Source: a bacterium
Lineage (GTDB): Bacteria; DRYD01
DNA length: 64,000 nucleotides
Direction of reading: 5' to 3'
NCBI GenBank assembly: GCA_039630415.1
Contig: JBCNVB010000025.1
Span: forward strand, 75,419-139,418
Shown here: positions 1 through 10,173 of the stretch, piece by piece
Layout: every line of letters begins with the position of its first letter
How positions within the stretch are numbered: the stretch's first letter is position 1
The notes under the pieces: generated by a model
The model's input: only the letters and a program-made list of their open reading frames with translations
The model's database searches: none
What the model was told of the DNA's origin: nothing
Position numbers and translations under genes: made by a program

Positions 1-2462
1 CTGAATATACCACTCAAAGAGTACATAAGTATATCAAAAGTTTTGAGAGGAATATCAATATTTAGACCATTAGCCTTTGAGTAAGCTATTAAAATATTTT
101 CATATGCATCCTGATAGTTTTTCATACTCAAATATACCTGTGAAAGCAATATATATGCCTCGATATCATCCGGATTGTAGTCTATTAAATTTTTCAATAT
201 CTTGATTAATTCTTCTGTCCTGTTTGATTCTAAGTACAAGTTTGAAAGTATTTTGTAGTATTGGTAATTCGAAGGATCTATTTGTAAAGCAGTTTTTATA
301 CTTTCTATCGCTTGCTCTATATTCCCCAACCTTCTATATATTTCTGATATCCTTTCGTAAAGGAAAGGATTATTGGAGTTTATGCTAACAAGTTCATATA
401 GTATGTTTAAAGCCATTTCATAACTTCCCATTTTATAATAAAGCTCGGCTTGCTTATACTTGTAATCAATCTTAAATCCTGCAATTTCTATTAGATCGTT
501 TATCAGGTTCATAGCATCTTCATATTGCTGCTCTTGATCGTATAATTCTAATAACTCTTCCATTAACTCTATTTTAGATTCAATTGGTAGATTTTTATCA
601 AGCTTTAAGATGTTTTCTATTGCTAATATTAGTGAGGTAGGGTTGTTGATAGATTTTGATGCTAAGTAAAGATCTTGATAGATACTTACATCGTTTGGGT
701 TTAGAGAAATTAGCCTATAGCAAATTTCTATTGCTTCTTTATATTTAGATGTACTTATGTAGAAAGAAAGAGCATCCTTCAAAACAGCTTCATCTTCAGT
801 AGCTTCTAACAACGCTGAATATATCTTAGCTAGTTGTAAACTTTTACCTGCCATCTTGTACGATTTTATCAACGGGTTTATTACAGATGAGTCATCATAC
901 ATCCTTAAGTAATGCTCTAAATTCTCTATTGCTAACTCGTAATTCCCCAATTCATAGTAAGCTAATCCAAGATACTTATATGATTTTGCTAAAATATGTT
1001 GATCCTTCTCCACTGATACAACTGGAGTCAAGTAATCCACTACTGTTTCTGGACTGTAATTCAAAGCAGACCTACAAGCCAACAGCAGATAATATCTATC
1101 CCCCGTTAGATCATATGCTCTATACAAACTAACATAACTGTTAACATAATCCTTCAAACAATACAATATCTCTCCTTCCAATGATAATATTTTGTCATTT
1201 TCTTCGTAGTTTCTCTTGTACATATTTATATACTCTAATGCTTTTGAGTAATCCTTAAGCTTATAATACGATTTAGCTAGAACATATAGAATACTCTTAC
1301 TCTTATGATGAGGAAGTATTATCTCCAAGATTTTGATAGTTTCCTCATAATTCTTCCTTTCGTATTCCTTTTGAGCCTTAGAAAGTAACTGTTCTATTTC
1401 CCTGACTGAAAAACTAGAACTAGGAGAATAGCTTTTTGGGGAATCTATACTCTGCTTACTATAACTATCTATAACTACCTTCTCTTTTATGTCATATAAC
1501 CTATCGGTATGATACAATATGTCTGGTAGATTTTTTTTGTATGATGAGATTTCAGAAATTACTTGGTTAACTTGATTAACATCGACATCACTGGGTTTGC
1601 TAGCCTGGTTAACACTAGTCTGGTTAGCATCTGAGTAATTATCTTCATACCCCTGATAAATAAACTTCTCTACTTCTTTTTTGAGCTCAGAGACACTACT
1701 GTACCTTTTGTTCTTATCTTTTTCAAGACATTTCATTATTATTTTCTCGATTTGAGGAGGAATAGAAGGATTATATTTAGAAGGTGGTACAGGAGGCTCA
1801 TTGAGTATTTTGTATATCATCCCTGCGGGGTTTAGATCAACCAAAGGTAAATTAGAAGTCAATAATTCATATAATATCGCTCCTAAAGCATAAATATCTG
1901 TTCTATGATCTACATCTATTCCTCTTGCCTGCTCAGGTGATAAATATCCCAAAGTACCCATTAACATACCAGGATTTGTTATACTGTGACTACCTACAGC
2001 AAAAGCTAAACCAAAATCAGTTATCTTTACAATTCCATTACTTGATATCATTATATTTTCTGGTTTTAGATCTCTGTGAACTATATTCTTGGAATGAGCA
2101 TATTCTATACCATCCAGAATCTGCAGAAATATATCCATTGAAGCATTGAAATCTTGATTGTACCCCTTTTCTATGTAACTTCTTAGTGACTCTCCATCTA
2201 TGTATTCCATTATTAGATAATACTGATTATTAGAAACTACCAAATCATAGATTTTCACAATATTAATATGATCAAGAGAAGCAGTTATTTTAGCTTCCCT
2301 TATAAACCTTTGTAGGAATTCTTGTTTCTTCACCAAGTCAGCTACCATTACTTTTATTGCTACTTCTCTTTCTAAAACACTGTCTTTGGCAAGGAATACT
2401 TTTCCCATTCCCCCTTGCCCTAATTTCTTTAAAACTTTATATCTACCAAGTAATACTTCCAT
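1..2462 (-). CDS. Hanks-type Ser/Thr protein kinase with C-terminal TPR-like repeat region (3' end runs off the window)
   Basis: Absent from the ORF track, presumably because it is edge-truncated. The reverse complement from ATG at 2462-2460 reads MEVLLGRYKVLKKLGQGGMGKVFLAKD..EVAIKVM (glycine loop plus VAIK lysine). Further on it reads AHSKNIVHRDLKPENIM (catalytic loop, about 2045-2100) and DFGLA. The distal part is helical and Y/L/A-rich, resembling TPR repeats. No stop-bounded minus-strand ORF is listed in 1-2470, consistent with one open frame. Confidence 0.85.
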   Translation of the reverse strand, partial: MEVLLGRYKVLKKLGQGGMGKVFLAKDSVLEREVAIKVMVADLVKKQEFLQRFIREAKITASLDHINIVKIYDLVVSNNQYYLIMEYIDGESLRSYIEKGYNQDFNASMDIFLQILDGIEYAHSKNIVHRDLKPENIMISSNGIVKITDFGLAFAVGSHSITNPGMLMGTLGYLSPEQARGIDVDHRTDIYALGAILYELLTSNLPLVDLNPAGMIYKILNEPPVPPSKYNPSIPPQIEKIIMKCLEKDKNKRYSSVSELKKEVEKFIYQGYEDNYSDANQTSVNQASKPSDVDVNQVNQVISEISSYKKNLPDILYHTDRLYDIKEKVVIDSYSKQSIDSPKSYSPSSSFSVREIEQLLSKAQKEYERKNYEETIKILEIILPHHKSKSILYVLAKSYYKLKDYSKALEYINMYKRNYEENDKILSLEGEILYCLKDYVNSYVSLYRAYDLTGDRYYLLLACRSALNYSPETVVDYLTPVVSVEKDQHILAKSYKYLGLAYYELGNYELAIENLEHYLRMYDDSSVINPLIKSYKMAGKSLQLAKIYSALLEATEDEAVLKDALSFYISTSKYKEAIEICYRLISLNPNDVSIYQDLYLASKSINNPTSLILAIENILKLDKNLPIESKIELMEELLELYDQEQQYEDAMNLINDLIEIAGFKIDYKYKQAELYYKMGSYEMALNILYELVSINSNNPFLYERISEIYRRLGNIEQAIESIKTALQIDPSNYQYYKILSNLYLESNRTEELIKILKNLIDYNPDDIEAYILLSQVYLSMKNYQDAYENILIAYSKANGLNIDIPLKTFDILMYSLSGIF

Positions 2463-2510
2463 AAGCTCTATATGAAAATTCTCAAAACCTATCTGAAAAA
2501 CCTTTTACGA

Positions 2511-3809
2511 TTATCTTATTTTCTGAATTAATTCAGTGATTGATGTTTTCAATAAACCAAGACTTTGCCTATTTATAACCCCAAAAAGCGATATTAGTGA
2601 CATAACTAAATATACGTAAGATACTTCCATCCTTATATCAGGCTTAATAAGTTGAGCAAAAAATGGTATAGCTAATAGAATTGCCTTAAAAATGGTAAAT
2701 CTAAAATCCATTAGAATAACCATAGCAAATAAGCTTTGTGCAGCCGTAAGAAATATTTCTTGCCTTTGTAATTCATCAAGAACCATTCCAGATGGTTCTT
2801 TACCATGATATATTAGAGAGATTAAGTATATCAGAGGTATAAATCCTACAAGTAAGGTCCACTGATTTATTTTTGAAGAAACAACAGTTGTAAATGAATC
2901 AGTAGCCATAAGTTTCCATGCAAAAATAATAACGACTATTATTTCTGGTGATTCTGAAGCTATGGGAGCAACCCACTGTACCATCAAAAATTTAGCTAGT
3001 TTGGGATCAAAACCTATTTTCTCAGCGATCGAAGCACCTATAATCAGTAAGCTTTCACCAAATGGCTCCGCAGAAGATAAAAACGTTATAGCAGCAAAAA
3101 TAAACATTACCGTTATTAGTAACTTTTTTTTGAACTCTGGTAAAGTAGAGATATAGTGAGCTGGTCCTTCTAACTCAGGCTCCCTCTTTCCCATCTTCGT
3201 CGCCATATACATATAAGCAGCAAATATACTAAACAATACCAGCGTGTCTATTATCTCTAACTTCTGCTTAAATGGTAGTGTAAAGCAATATAGCGTTGAT
3301 ATAAGTAAAAAAACTATTTCTAAAACATTATTTTTTTCCATTTGGACATATGCAGGTAACTCATTCTGTTTTCCTTCACGGTATCTTGATAGAAGATAAA
3401 CAAAGAGTATAAGTGGCCACACTATCCCCACAAGCATTCTATTTGCACCAGTCATGTTACTTATTGCATAGTGGGTATAATCTGGATTTTTTCCGGCAAC
3501 CCAAGTAAAATATATGTCTACAACATACTCCGGAATAACGTTTATTATTGCTATCAGAGCAAGAACCAAGTTTGGTGGAAGGTACTGCTGTGTGCTTTCT
3601 GCTGCCCAACTAACTAAAAAAGCACCTGCTATTATCGATATGCCCGTCATAAACGCAGATACTAATGCCAACTCTTCATAATTCCACTTCATTATACCCA
3701 ATAAACTACTAACCTTGATTATAATCCATGGAATGGGTATAATAAACATGGCTATTATCCAGTATAGATACTTCTTATTTGCTGAATGTTGATGGTGCTT
3801 TTCTTCCAT
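2511..3809 (-). CDS. Multi-pass membrane protein, Ca2+/cation antiporter (CaCA, Na_Ca_ex-like) family
   Basis: 432-aa polytopic protein. It has two alpha-repeat-like segments: NVIPEYVVD...AISNMTGANRMLVG and ASESPEIIVVI...VVSSKINQWTLLVG. These resemble the G(S/T)SxPE...GSNxxNxxxxxG signature of CaCA exchangers. Confidence 0.5.
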   Translation of the reverse strand: MEEKHHQHSANKKYLYWIIAMFIIPIPWIIIKVSSLLGIMKWNYEELALVSAFMTGISIIAGAFLVSWAAESTQQYLPPNLVLALIAIINVIPEYVVDIYFTWVAGKNPDYTHYAISNMTGANRMLVGIVWPLILFVYLLSRYREGKQNELPAYVQMEKNNVLEIVFLLISTLYCFTLPFKQKLEIIDTLVLFSIFAAYMYMATKMGKREPELEGPAHYISTLPEFKKKLLITVMFIFAAITFLSSAEPFGESLLIIGASIAEKIGFDPKLAKFLMVQWVAPIASESPEIIVVIIFAWKLMATDSFTTVVSSKINQWTLLVGFIPLIYLISLIYHGKEPSGMVLDELQRQEIFLTAAQSLFAMVILMDFRFTIFKAILLAIPFFAQLIKPDIRMEVSYVYLVMSLISLFGVINRQSLGLLKTSITELIQKIR

Positions 3810-3850
3810 ATGTACTTATCTAATTCTTTGCTAGTTTAATTTTACCTTCT

Positions 3851-4573
3851 CTAAAAGGATCTGTATACGTATTCTATTTTCTCTATTTTTAGACTATCTT
3901 TAAAGTTATCGGGAAAACCAGGAGGTAAATTTGAATCAACTAACCCGTCAAACGGATTAGTTAATGAATTAACATTCCCTTGCTGAATATTTGACAAGTT
4001 TATCGTTATCGCATGAGATGGATTATTAAAGTAATGAACAGGATCCTGACCAAAATCATCAGCAATTATTTGATACTCATAATCCCTTAAAAAAACTAGT
4101 ATTATAAACTTAAAAAAGTTAACATTCCCTATCAAGGTATCTGGTAGAACTATATTGAAACGTAACTCTTTGTTTGATGGTAATTGAGAATTGTTATCTA
4201 CAAGTATAGTTGACCATTCATCTGCAATTGGAGTATTTGCAGAAGGTGGATTGATTCTTCTAATCCTTCTAAATCCATTTTGAAAGTACATGATATACTG
4301 TGTCAGATCCAGGTTATTAGATAACAAATTATCATCGAACCTAAAGAAAATAGCTAAGTAAAATTTGTAATTATAGTTTTGCGAATTATACTGGTAATTA
4401 AAGCTATTTTGTCTATTTCCTTTTAGAAAAACTGATATAGATAGTAAATTTGTGTTTTGATTTGTAGGGGTGGATAAAGTTGGTGGGCTAGTAGCGCACC
4501 CAATTAATCCCTTAACCCAAAACACTATGAAAAATATTGCTAATACTCTTATTATTATTCTAGGAATTTTCAT
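3851..4573 (-). CDS. Hypothetical lipoprotein, last gene of the fliHIJ run
   Basis: N-terminal signal with lipobox LIGC (..VKGLIGCATSPP). Its start overlaps the fliJ stop by 14 nt. No recognisable domain. Confidence 0.4.
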   Translation of the reverse strand: MKIPRIIIRVLAIFFIVFWVKGLIGCATSPPTLSTPTNQNTNLLSISVFLKGNRQNSFNYQYNSQNYNYKFYLAIFFRFDDNLLSNNLDLTQYIMYFQNGFRRIRRINPPSANTPIADEWSTILVDNNSQLPSNKELRFNIVLPDTLIGNVNFFKFIILVFLRDYEYQIIADDFGQDPVHYFNNPSHAITINLSNIQQGNVNSLTNPFDGLVDSNLPPGFPDNFKDSLKIEKIEYVYRSF

Positions 4574-5024
4574 TAGCTTTGTTTCTTGAGAATTTTATAG
4601 TGGATAGCTCATCCATAAACTTACTTTCAGCTATTTTCTGCTCTTGCAGATATTTCTGATATTCTTTTTCCTTTAGTTTTTCAAAACTTTTTCTTTCATT
4701 CATCTTTTCCTGTAACTTTTGCTTTTCTATCTCTACTTGTAATTTTGCCTGTTCTACTACTATTTTTTGTAGCTCTATGTCTTTTTTTAACTTATCAAGA
4801 TATTTGTTGAAATTTAGGAAAAAATCAGGCTGTGTTACTTGCGTTAACTTAAGCTTATATTCTTCTTTTTTGTACTCTAATGTTTTTATGAGATCTTCCA
4901 ATTTCTTTTCTTCTTCTATTAGCTTTCTTTGAGCTTGAGCAAATATCTTTTTTTGCTCTTCCTCTTCCTCAATCTTCATTTGCAATATTTTTTCAAGCTT
5001 AAATTTAAAAGGCTTAAAATGCAT
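4560..5024 (-). CDS. fliJ: Flagellar export chaperone FliJ-like coiled-coil protein
   Basis: 154 aa, K/E-rich all-helical sequence. It lies immediately after fliI with a 1-nt overlap, the canonical fliH-fliI-fliJ order. Confidence 0.6.
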   Translation of the reverse strand: MHFKPFKFKLEKILQMKIEEEEEQKKIFAQAQRKLIEEEKKLEDLIKTLEYKKEEYKLKLTQVTQPDFFLNFNKYLDKLKKDIELQKIVVEQAKLQVEIEKQKLQEKMNERKSFEKLKEKEYQKYLQEQKIAESKFMDELSTIKFSRNKANENS

Positions 5025-6376
5025 TATCTTTTCAACCTCTTGGTTACTTTTTCATCATAATCACTAACTATCTCAAGCATTTTTTTAATAGTATCTTGCA
5101 AATTATCCGGTTCGAAAACTCCTTGCTTTAGGAAAGAGTTTACCTGATCTATTTTTTCTATTGCATAATCTATCCTTGGATCAGTTCCTTTTTTATACAT
5201 TCCCAAAGTTATTATATCTTCATTTTTCTTATACGTACTTAGTATCTCTCTGATTATACCTGCTGCTCTTTGATGCTCTTTAGTTGTTATTTCTACGAAC
5301 AATCTACTTACGGATTGCAAAACATCTATAGCTGGGTAGTGGTTCATATGAGCTAGTTGTCTGGATAAAACTATATGTCCGTCAAGAATACCTCTTGTAG
5401 TGTCAGCTATTGGTTCATTCATATCGTCACCTTCTACCAAAACTGTGTAGATTGCAGTTATACTACCTGTGGGTGAAGTTCCTGGCCTTTCCATTAGTTT
5501 CGGTAATAAAGCGAACACGGAAGGTGTGTATCCTTTAGTTGAAGGTGGTTCTCCTATAGCTAGACCTATTTCTCTTTGAGCCATAGCAAATCTTGTAACA
5601 GAGTCCATCATTAGCATCACGTCTTTACCCTTATCTCTGAAGTATTCAGCTATAGCTGTTGCAACATAGGCTGATTTTAGTCTTACTAGTGCTGGTGTAT
5701 CAGAGGTTGCAACAACTACAACTGCCCTTTTTAACCCTTCCTCGCCCAAATCCCTTTCTATAAAGTCTCTCAACTCTCTTCCTCTTTCTCCAATAAGACA
5801 TAAAACGGTTAAATCAGCTTCGGTAAATCTTGTTATCATTGAAAGTGTTGTACTTTTACCCACACCTGATCCTGCGAAAATTCCTACTCTTTGTCCTTTA
5901 CCCAGGGTAAGTAGTGAATCTATAGCTCTAACACCTATTGAAAGAGGGGTTTTTATTCTTGGTCTCAAGAAAGGATTTGGTGGATCATTGTATATTGGAT
6001 ATAATTCTTCATACTCTATTGGTCCTTTACCATCTATGGGATTCCCTAACCCGTCAAGTATTCGTCCAAGTATTTTAGGTCCTACTTTAACCATTAACTG
6101 TTTCCCAGTTGCTCTTACTTCGTTTCCAGGTGAAACACCTATTGTTGACCCTATTGGCATGAGTAAAACTCTATCTTCCTTAAATCCAACCACTTCTGCA
6201 ACTATGGGTTCTGCATATTCGCTAGGATATATATGGCAAATTTCTCCAACTTGGCATTGAGGACCATCGCTTTCTATTACCAAACCTATAACCTGCTTAA
6301 CTTTACCATATACCTTTATCAAATCTTTTGAAGAAACATTCCTTATTATGTTTTTATACTTTTCCAATTGAAGCAT
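5024..6376 (-). CDS. fliI: Flagellum-specific (type III secretion) ATPase FliI
   Basis: 450 aa. Walker A is GSGVGKST. F1-beta-like core segments include LLMDSVTRFAMAQREIGLA and SITAIYTVLVEGDDMNEP. Flanked by FliH- and FliJ-like genes. Confidence 0.9.
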   Translation of the reverse strand: MLQLEKYKNIIRNVSSKDLIKVYGKVKQVIGLVIESDGPQCQVGEICHIYPSEYAEPIVAEVVGFKEDRVLLMPIGSTIGVSPGNEVRATGKQLMVKVGPKILGRILDGLGNPIDGKGPIEYEELYPIYNDPPNPFLRPRIKTPLSIGVRAIDSLLTLGKGQRVGIFAGSGVGKSTTLSMITRFTEADLTVLCLIGERGRELRDFIERDLGEEGLKRAVVVVATSDTPALVRLKSAYVATAIAEYFRDKGKDVMLMMDSVTRFAMAQREIGLAIGEPPSTKGYTPSVFALLPKLMERPGTSPTGSITAIYTVLVEGDDMNEPIADTTRGILDGHIVLSRQLAHMNHYPAIDVLQSVSRLFVEITTKEHQRAAGIIREILSTYKKNEDIITLGMYKKGTDPRIDYAIEKIDQVNSFLKQGVFEPDNLQDTIKKMLEIVSDYDEKVTKRLKR

Positions 6377-6395
6377 AACTTCTTACCTCTCCCAT

Positions 6396-7394
6396 CTATT
6401 TAGTCCTAAGAATTATTTCTTTTAAAACTTCAAGTTTAGTAGATATTCTTGAGTCTATTTTACCGAAATTAGTTTCGATTATACACCCGCCCTTTCCTAT
6501 TCTTTCATCTGGCGCAACTGTCAAGTTTTCTACATCTTCAAGTAAATGTTTTATTTTTTCCCTATAGTTTCTTACCTCTTCTAATTCTTCAGGGTTAACC
6601 CATATAGTTATTGATTTACTCCTTTCAACTTTTGACAGTAGTTCAGAAAGATAAGATGTAACAATACTTGGTTCTTCTTGAATTTTTTTGTTTATTATTT
6701 TTTCAGCTACTTCAAAAACTAGGTCTATTATTTCTTTCTCAAATTCCTTTACTATGCTTTGTCTTATACTTGATATAGTTGATATTTGTTGTTCTAATTC
6801 TTGAATTTTTTGGATATATTTTTGTTCTATAGCTTTTTGGCCTTCGGATAAACCCTTTTGGTATCCTTCGTTATATGCATTGTTCATAATTTCTTGGGCT
6901 TTTTTGTTTGCTTCTTCAACTGCTTTTTGAACTATTGATTCTGCTTGTTTCTGAGCCTGTTCTAAAATTGTTTTCTTTTGATTTTCTATCTCTTTTATTT
7001 TTTGTTCTTGCTCATTTATTTTTTGTTGTAGTTCCTCATTAAGTTTCTGATATTTTTCTTTTTCCTGCTCCAATTCAAATTCTATGTTAGACTTTGTTAC
7101 AATGTTTACATCTTTTAGTTCTTCAACTATCTCATTTACTGGTGCAGCTATCTCTGTTCTTTTTATTATCTTCTTTGCTATCTTTTCTTCGGTAAGGTTT
7201 AGTGATATCAAATCTGTTCCAACATTTTCTGCCTTTATTATACTTCCTATAATTTTAGGCTTGAAATTTGCTTCATTGAGATTTGTTTGAATTTGATTTG
7301 TTTGAATTTGCTGGATATCTATTTGCCCCTGATTTTCTGGTATTTGTTGATTTTCTGGATAGTCTGATTTACCTGATTTTTTTATTATTCCCAT
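6396..7394 (-). CDS. fliH: Flagellar assembly protein FliH-like
   Basis: 332 aa with a long E/K/Q coiled coil followed by a FliH-type C-terminal domain (IIDLVFEVAEKII...SITIWVNPEELEEV). Located directly upstream of fliI. Confidence 0.65.
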   Translation of the reverse strand: MGIIKKSGKSDYPENQQIPENQGQIDIQQIQTNQIQTNLNEANFKPKIIGSIIKAENVGTDLISLNLTEEKIAKKIIKRTEIAAPVNEIVEELKDVNIVTKSNIEFELEQEKEKYQKLNEELQQKINEQEQKIKEIENQKKTILEQAQKQAESIVQKAVEEANKKAQEIMNNAYNEGYQKGLSEGQKAIEQKYIQKIQELEQQISTISSIRQSIVKEFEKEIIDLVFEVAEKIINKKIQEEPSIVTSYLSELLSKVERSKSITIWVNPEELEEVRNYREKIKHLLEDVENLTVAPDERIGKGGCIIETNFGKIDSRISTKLEVLKEIILRTK

Positions 7395-7435
7395 TTTAGT
7401 TAATATACCTCTTCTTTTTTTAATTTATAAATCCC

Positions 7436-10024
7436 CTACAAAAATACCTTGAAATAATTTCCCATAGGTATTTTTTTAGTTTGATCCGGTAAATTAATTG
7501 GAATTTGCATGTCTTTATGGTAAACTAAAATATTTTTATACGGTGTTTTGTAAAGAGCAACATAGTTCATCTTTGTTTTTATAATGTCATGAATCATCAT
7601 TATTTCCTCTTCATCTTCCACTTCGAATTCCATAATTTGATTTGTTTGGTTGCGGATTTTCTCTTCCACAATTTTATGGAATAGTTTTGTTTTAATCTGT
7701 TTATTTTTTTTATTTAATTCTTTAATTTGCGCTTGCATTTTTTGAATATAATTTATAATGTTTTTTTCTTCTTGTTTTGTTATGTCTTTTAGGTTAGCTA
7801 GGAGATTGGTTAATTCAGATAAGTATTGAGCTACTTTTTTAGAAGTTATTGCTTCTATTCTTTTAACTCCCATTTGGATAGATGAACATTCCTTTATTTT
7901 GAATATTCCTATTTTTGAAGTTTGATCAAGGTGTGTTCCTCCACATAGTTCATACGAAAAGTCACCTATTTTTACTGTTCTTACAGTATCAGGATATTTC
8001 TCAGCAAATAAAGCTATAGCTCCCTCTTCTAATGCAATTGATAAAGGCTTATATTCAACTAGGACTGGTAAGTTCTCATATATTTTTTCATTTACTAGTT
8101 CTTCTATTTGATCTATTTGTTCCGATGTTAAATTTTCAAAATGAGTGAAATCGAACCTCAGTTTATCCTGATCAACCAATGATCCTGCTTGATAAACATG
8201 ATGACCAATAATCTTTCTAAGAGCAGAATGTAATAAGTGAGTACAAGTATGATTTATTGCTAATTCTTTTCTTCTTTGTTGATTTACTTCCAACCAAGCT
8301 TCGTGGTTTACTTGAATAACTCCCTCCTTTAATTTACCAATGTGAAAAATAAATTCTTCTACATGTTTTTGAGTATCGTATACTTCAAAAACAAAATTTT
8401 GGTTATATATTATCCCTTTATCTCCAACTTGTCCTCCAGACTCTGGATAAAAAGGTGTTTCAGATAATATTAGTATTACTTCCTCCCCTGGTTTATCAAT
8501 GTATTCTACCATTTCTAGTCCATTACCAGTATTTTTCAATATACCTATTATCTTGGATTGATACACTAAATTATCATATCCTACAAATTTGGTTTCATAT
8601 TTTTGATTAACAGAGAATATCTTTATATCAGTTTCCTTCTGTCTAGATCTTTGCCTTTGTATTTCTAGCTCTTTATAAAATTCATCTAAATCTATTTGAA
8701 AGTTTTTACTTTTTGATATTTCGATCGTTAATTCAATGGGGAAACCTAATGTATCATAAAGATAAAAAGCATCCTTACCTGTTATCTTATTTATGTCTAT
8801 TTTTGATATATACTCCATACCACGATATACGTTTCTATTAAAGCTATTTTCCTCTATTTCGAGCATTTTTTGTACATAGTCCTTTCTTTGATTTATTTCT
8901 GGGTATACTTTTTCAAATATACTTGCTACGATTTCGGTTGTATTTTTCAAAAAGTTTTTTGATATACCTAAAAGTTTTGAATACAGTAGTCCTCTTCTTA
9001 TTAACTTTCTAAGGACATAACCTCTGCCTTCATTCGAAGGTACTACGCCGTCTGCTAATAAAAAGTTAGCTCCTCTAATATGATCGGCAACTATTCTCTC
9101 ATATATTTCCTTTTTTTGATTATATTCATTAGGGTCGTATTTTATTTTCATTTCACTATAAACCTTTTCTACATCTTTATCAATATTTTGACGAATATAT
9201 TGAATTAGGGGTAAAAACAAATCAGTTTCGTATTGATTATTTTTGTTTTGAAGTATTCTAGTAAGTCTTTCAAGTCCCATCCCTGTATCAATATTCTTTT
9301 GAGGAAGAGGAAACAATTTTCCATCAGAATCTTTGAAATATTCAGTAAATACAATATTCCATATTTCAATGAATCTTTCTTTTCTTTGACATTCTTCACA
9401 TTCAAAACCAGGCTTACATGAAGGTTGATTACACGGAAAGTTTTCATAGAATATTTCAGTAGAAGGTCCGCAAGGGCCAGTTATTCCAGCAGGTCCCCAA
9501 AAGTTATCCTCCAAACGTACTATTTTTTCAGAAGGTATAGACAAACTCAACCAAATCTTTTCAGCTTCATCATCTTGAGGATGACAACTATAATATAATT
9601 TAGCAGGATCTATTTTGTAAACTTCAGTAAGAAGCTCGTAGGCCCAATATATTGACTCTTTTTTAAAGTAATCACCAAAAGAGAAATTACCAAGCATTTC
9701 AAAAAAAGTATGATGCCTAAGAGTATAACCTACGTTTTCTATATCATCCATTCTGAAGCATTTTTGACAGGTGGTAATTCTTCTGTATTTAGGTTCGACT
9801 TTGCCGGAGAATTCTGCTTTGAAGGGTACCATGCCAGCAGCGACGAAGAGGAGAGAAGGGTCGTTTTCGGGGATAAGACTGAAGCTAGGCAGCACGCGGT
9901 GCCCCTTACTCTCAAAAAATTTTAAAAATTTTTCTCTTATTTCTTCGTGCGTTAAAAGGTATCCCACCCAAACACCTCCATTTTCGTATCCCATTTTTGT
10001 AATGTATGTTTCGGTAATAATCAA
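7436..10024 (-). CDS. alaS: Alanine--tRNA ligase
   Basis: Class II AlaRS motifs are present: EIREKFLKFFESKGH, FTNAGM-like FVAAGMVPFK, the editing-domain HTCTHLLH, and CGGTH. The longest ORF starts at 10024. A GTG at 9967, preceded by GGAGGTG 5 nt upstream, would give the usual N-terminus (M)GYLLTHEEIREKF and is the more likely start. Confidence 0.95.
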   Translation of the reverse strand: MIITETYITKMGYENGGVWVGYLLTHEEIREKFLKFFESKGHRVLPSFSLIPENDPSLLFVAAGMVPFKAEFSGKVEPKYRRITTCQKCFRMDDIENVGYTLRHHTFFEMLGNFSFGDYFKKESIYWAYELLTEVYKIDPAKLYYSCHPQDDEAEKIWLSLSIPSEKIVRLEDNFWGPAGITGPCGPSTEIFYENFPCNQPSCKPGFECEECQRKERFIEIWNIVFTEYFKDSDGKLFPLPQKNIDTGMGLERLTRILQNKNNQYETDLFLPLIQYIRQNIDKDVEKVYSEMKIKYDPNEYNQKKEIYERIVADHIRGANFLLADGVVPSNEGRGYVLRKLIRRGLLYSKLLGISKNFLKNTTEIVASIFEKVYPEINQRKDYVQKMLEIEENSFNRNVYRGMEYISKIDINKITGKDAFYLYDTLGFPIELTIEISKSKNFQIDLDEFYKELEIQRQRSRQKETDIKIFSVNQKYETKFVGYDNLVYQSKIIGILKNTGNGLEMVEYIDKPGEEVILILSETPFYPESGGQVGDKGIIYNQNFVFEVYDTQKHVEEFIFHIGKLKEGVIQVNHEAWLEVNQQRRKELAINHTCTHLLHSALRKIIGHHVYQAGSLVDQDKLRFDFTHFENLTSEQIDQIEELVNEKIYENLPVLVEYKPLSIALEEGAIALFAEKYPDTVRTVKIGDFSYELCGGTHLDQTSKIGIFKIKECSSIQMGVKRIEAITSKKVAQYLSELTNLLANLKDITKQEEKNIINYIQKMQAQIKELNKKNKQIKTKLFHKIVEEKIRNQTNQIMEFEVEDEEEIMMIHDIIKTKMNYVALYKTPYKNILVYHKDMQIPINLPDQTKKIPMGNYFKVFL

Positions 10025-10173
10025 TTCTTCAACCTAGATAGGTCAACCTTTAGAAGGTTTTTCAAAAAATTTAGCTTTTAAATTTTTTTTAAGTCAAAAA
10101 AATTAAAAATCGTGTTAGTAGTGCCTAATACTACTACTATTTTAATAAATATATCTTTATAGTAGTAGTATAA

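Noticed and set aside
887-2149. Plus-strand ORFs 887-1132 and 1925-2149 listed in the track.
   Set aside because: Both lie antisense inside the long edge-truncated kinase/TPR ORF, whose kinase motifs are unambiguous.
10044-10058. Perfect inverted repeat AACCTT-TAG-AAGGTT, plus a TTGACT-18 nt-TAAATT promoter-like pair on the minus strand, just upstream of alaS. Considered as an AlaRS autoregulatory operator.
   Set aside because: The palindrome is only 6 bp per arm in AT-rich DNA and has no comparative support. The promoter assignment is plausible but cannot be verified from sequence alone.
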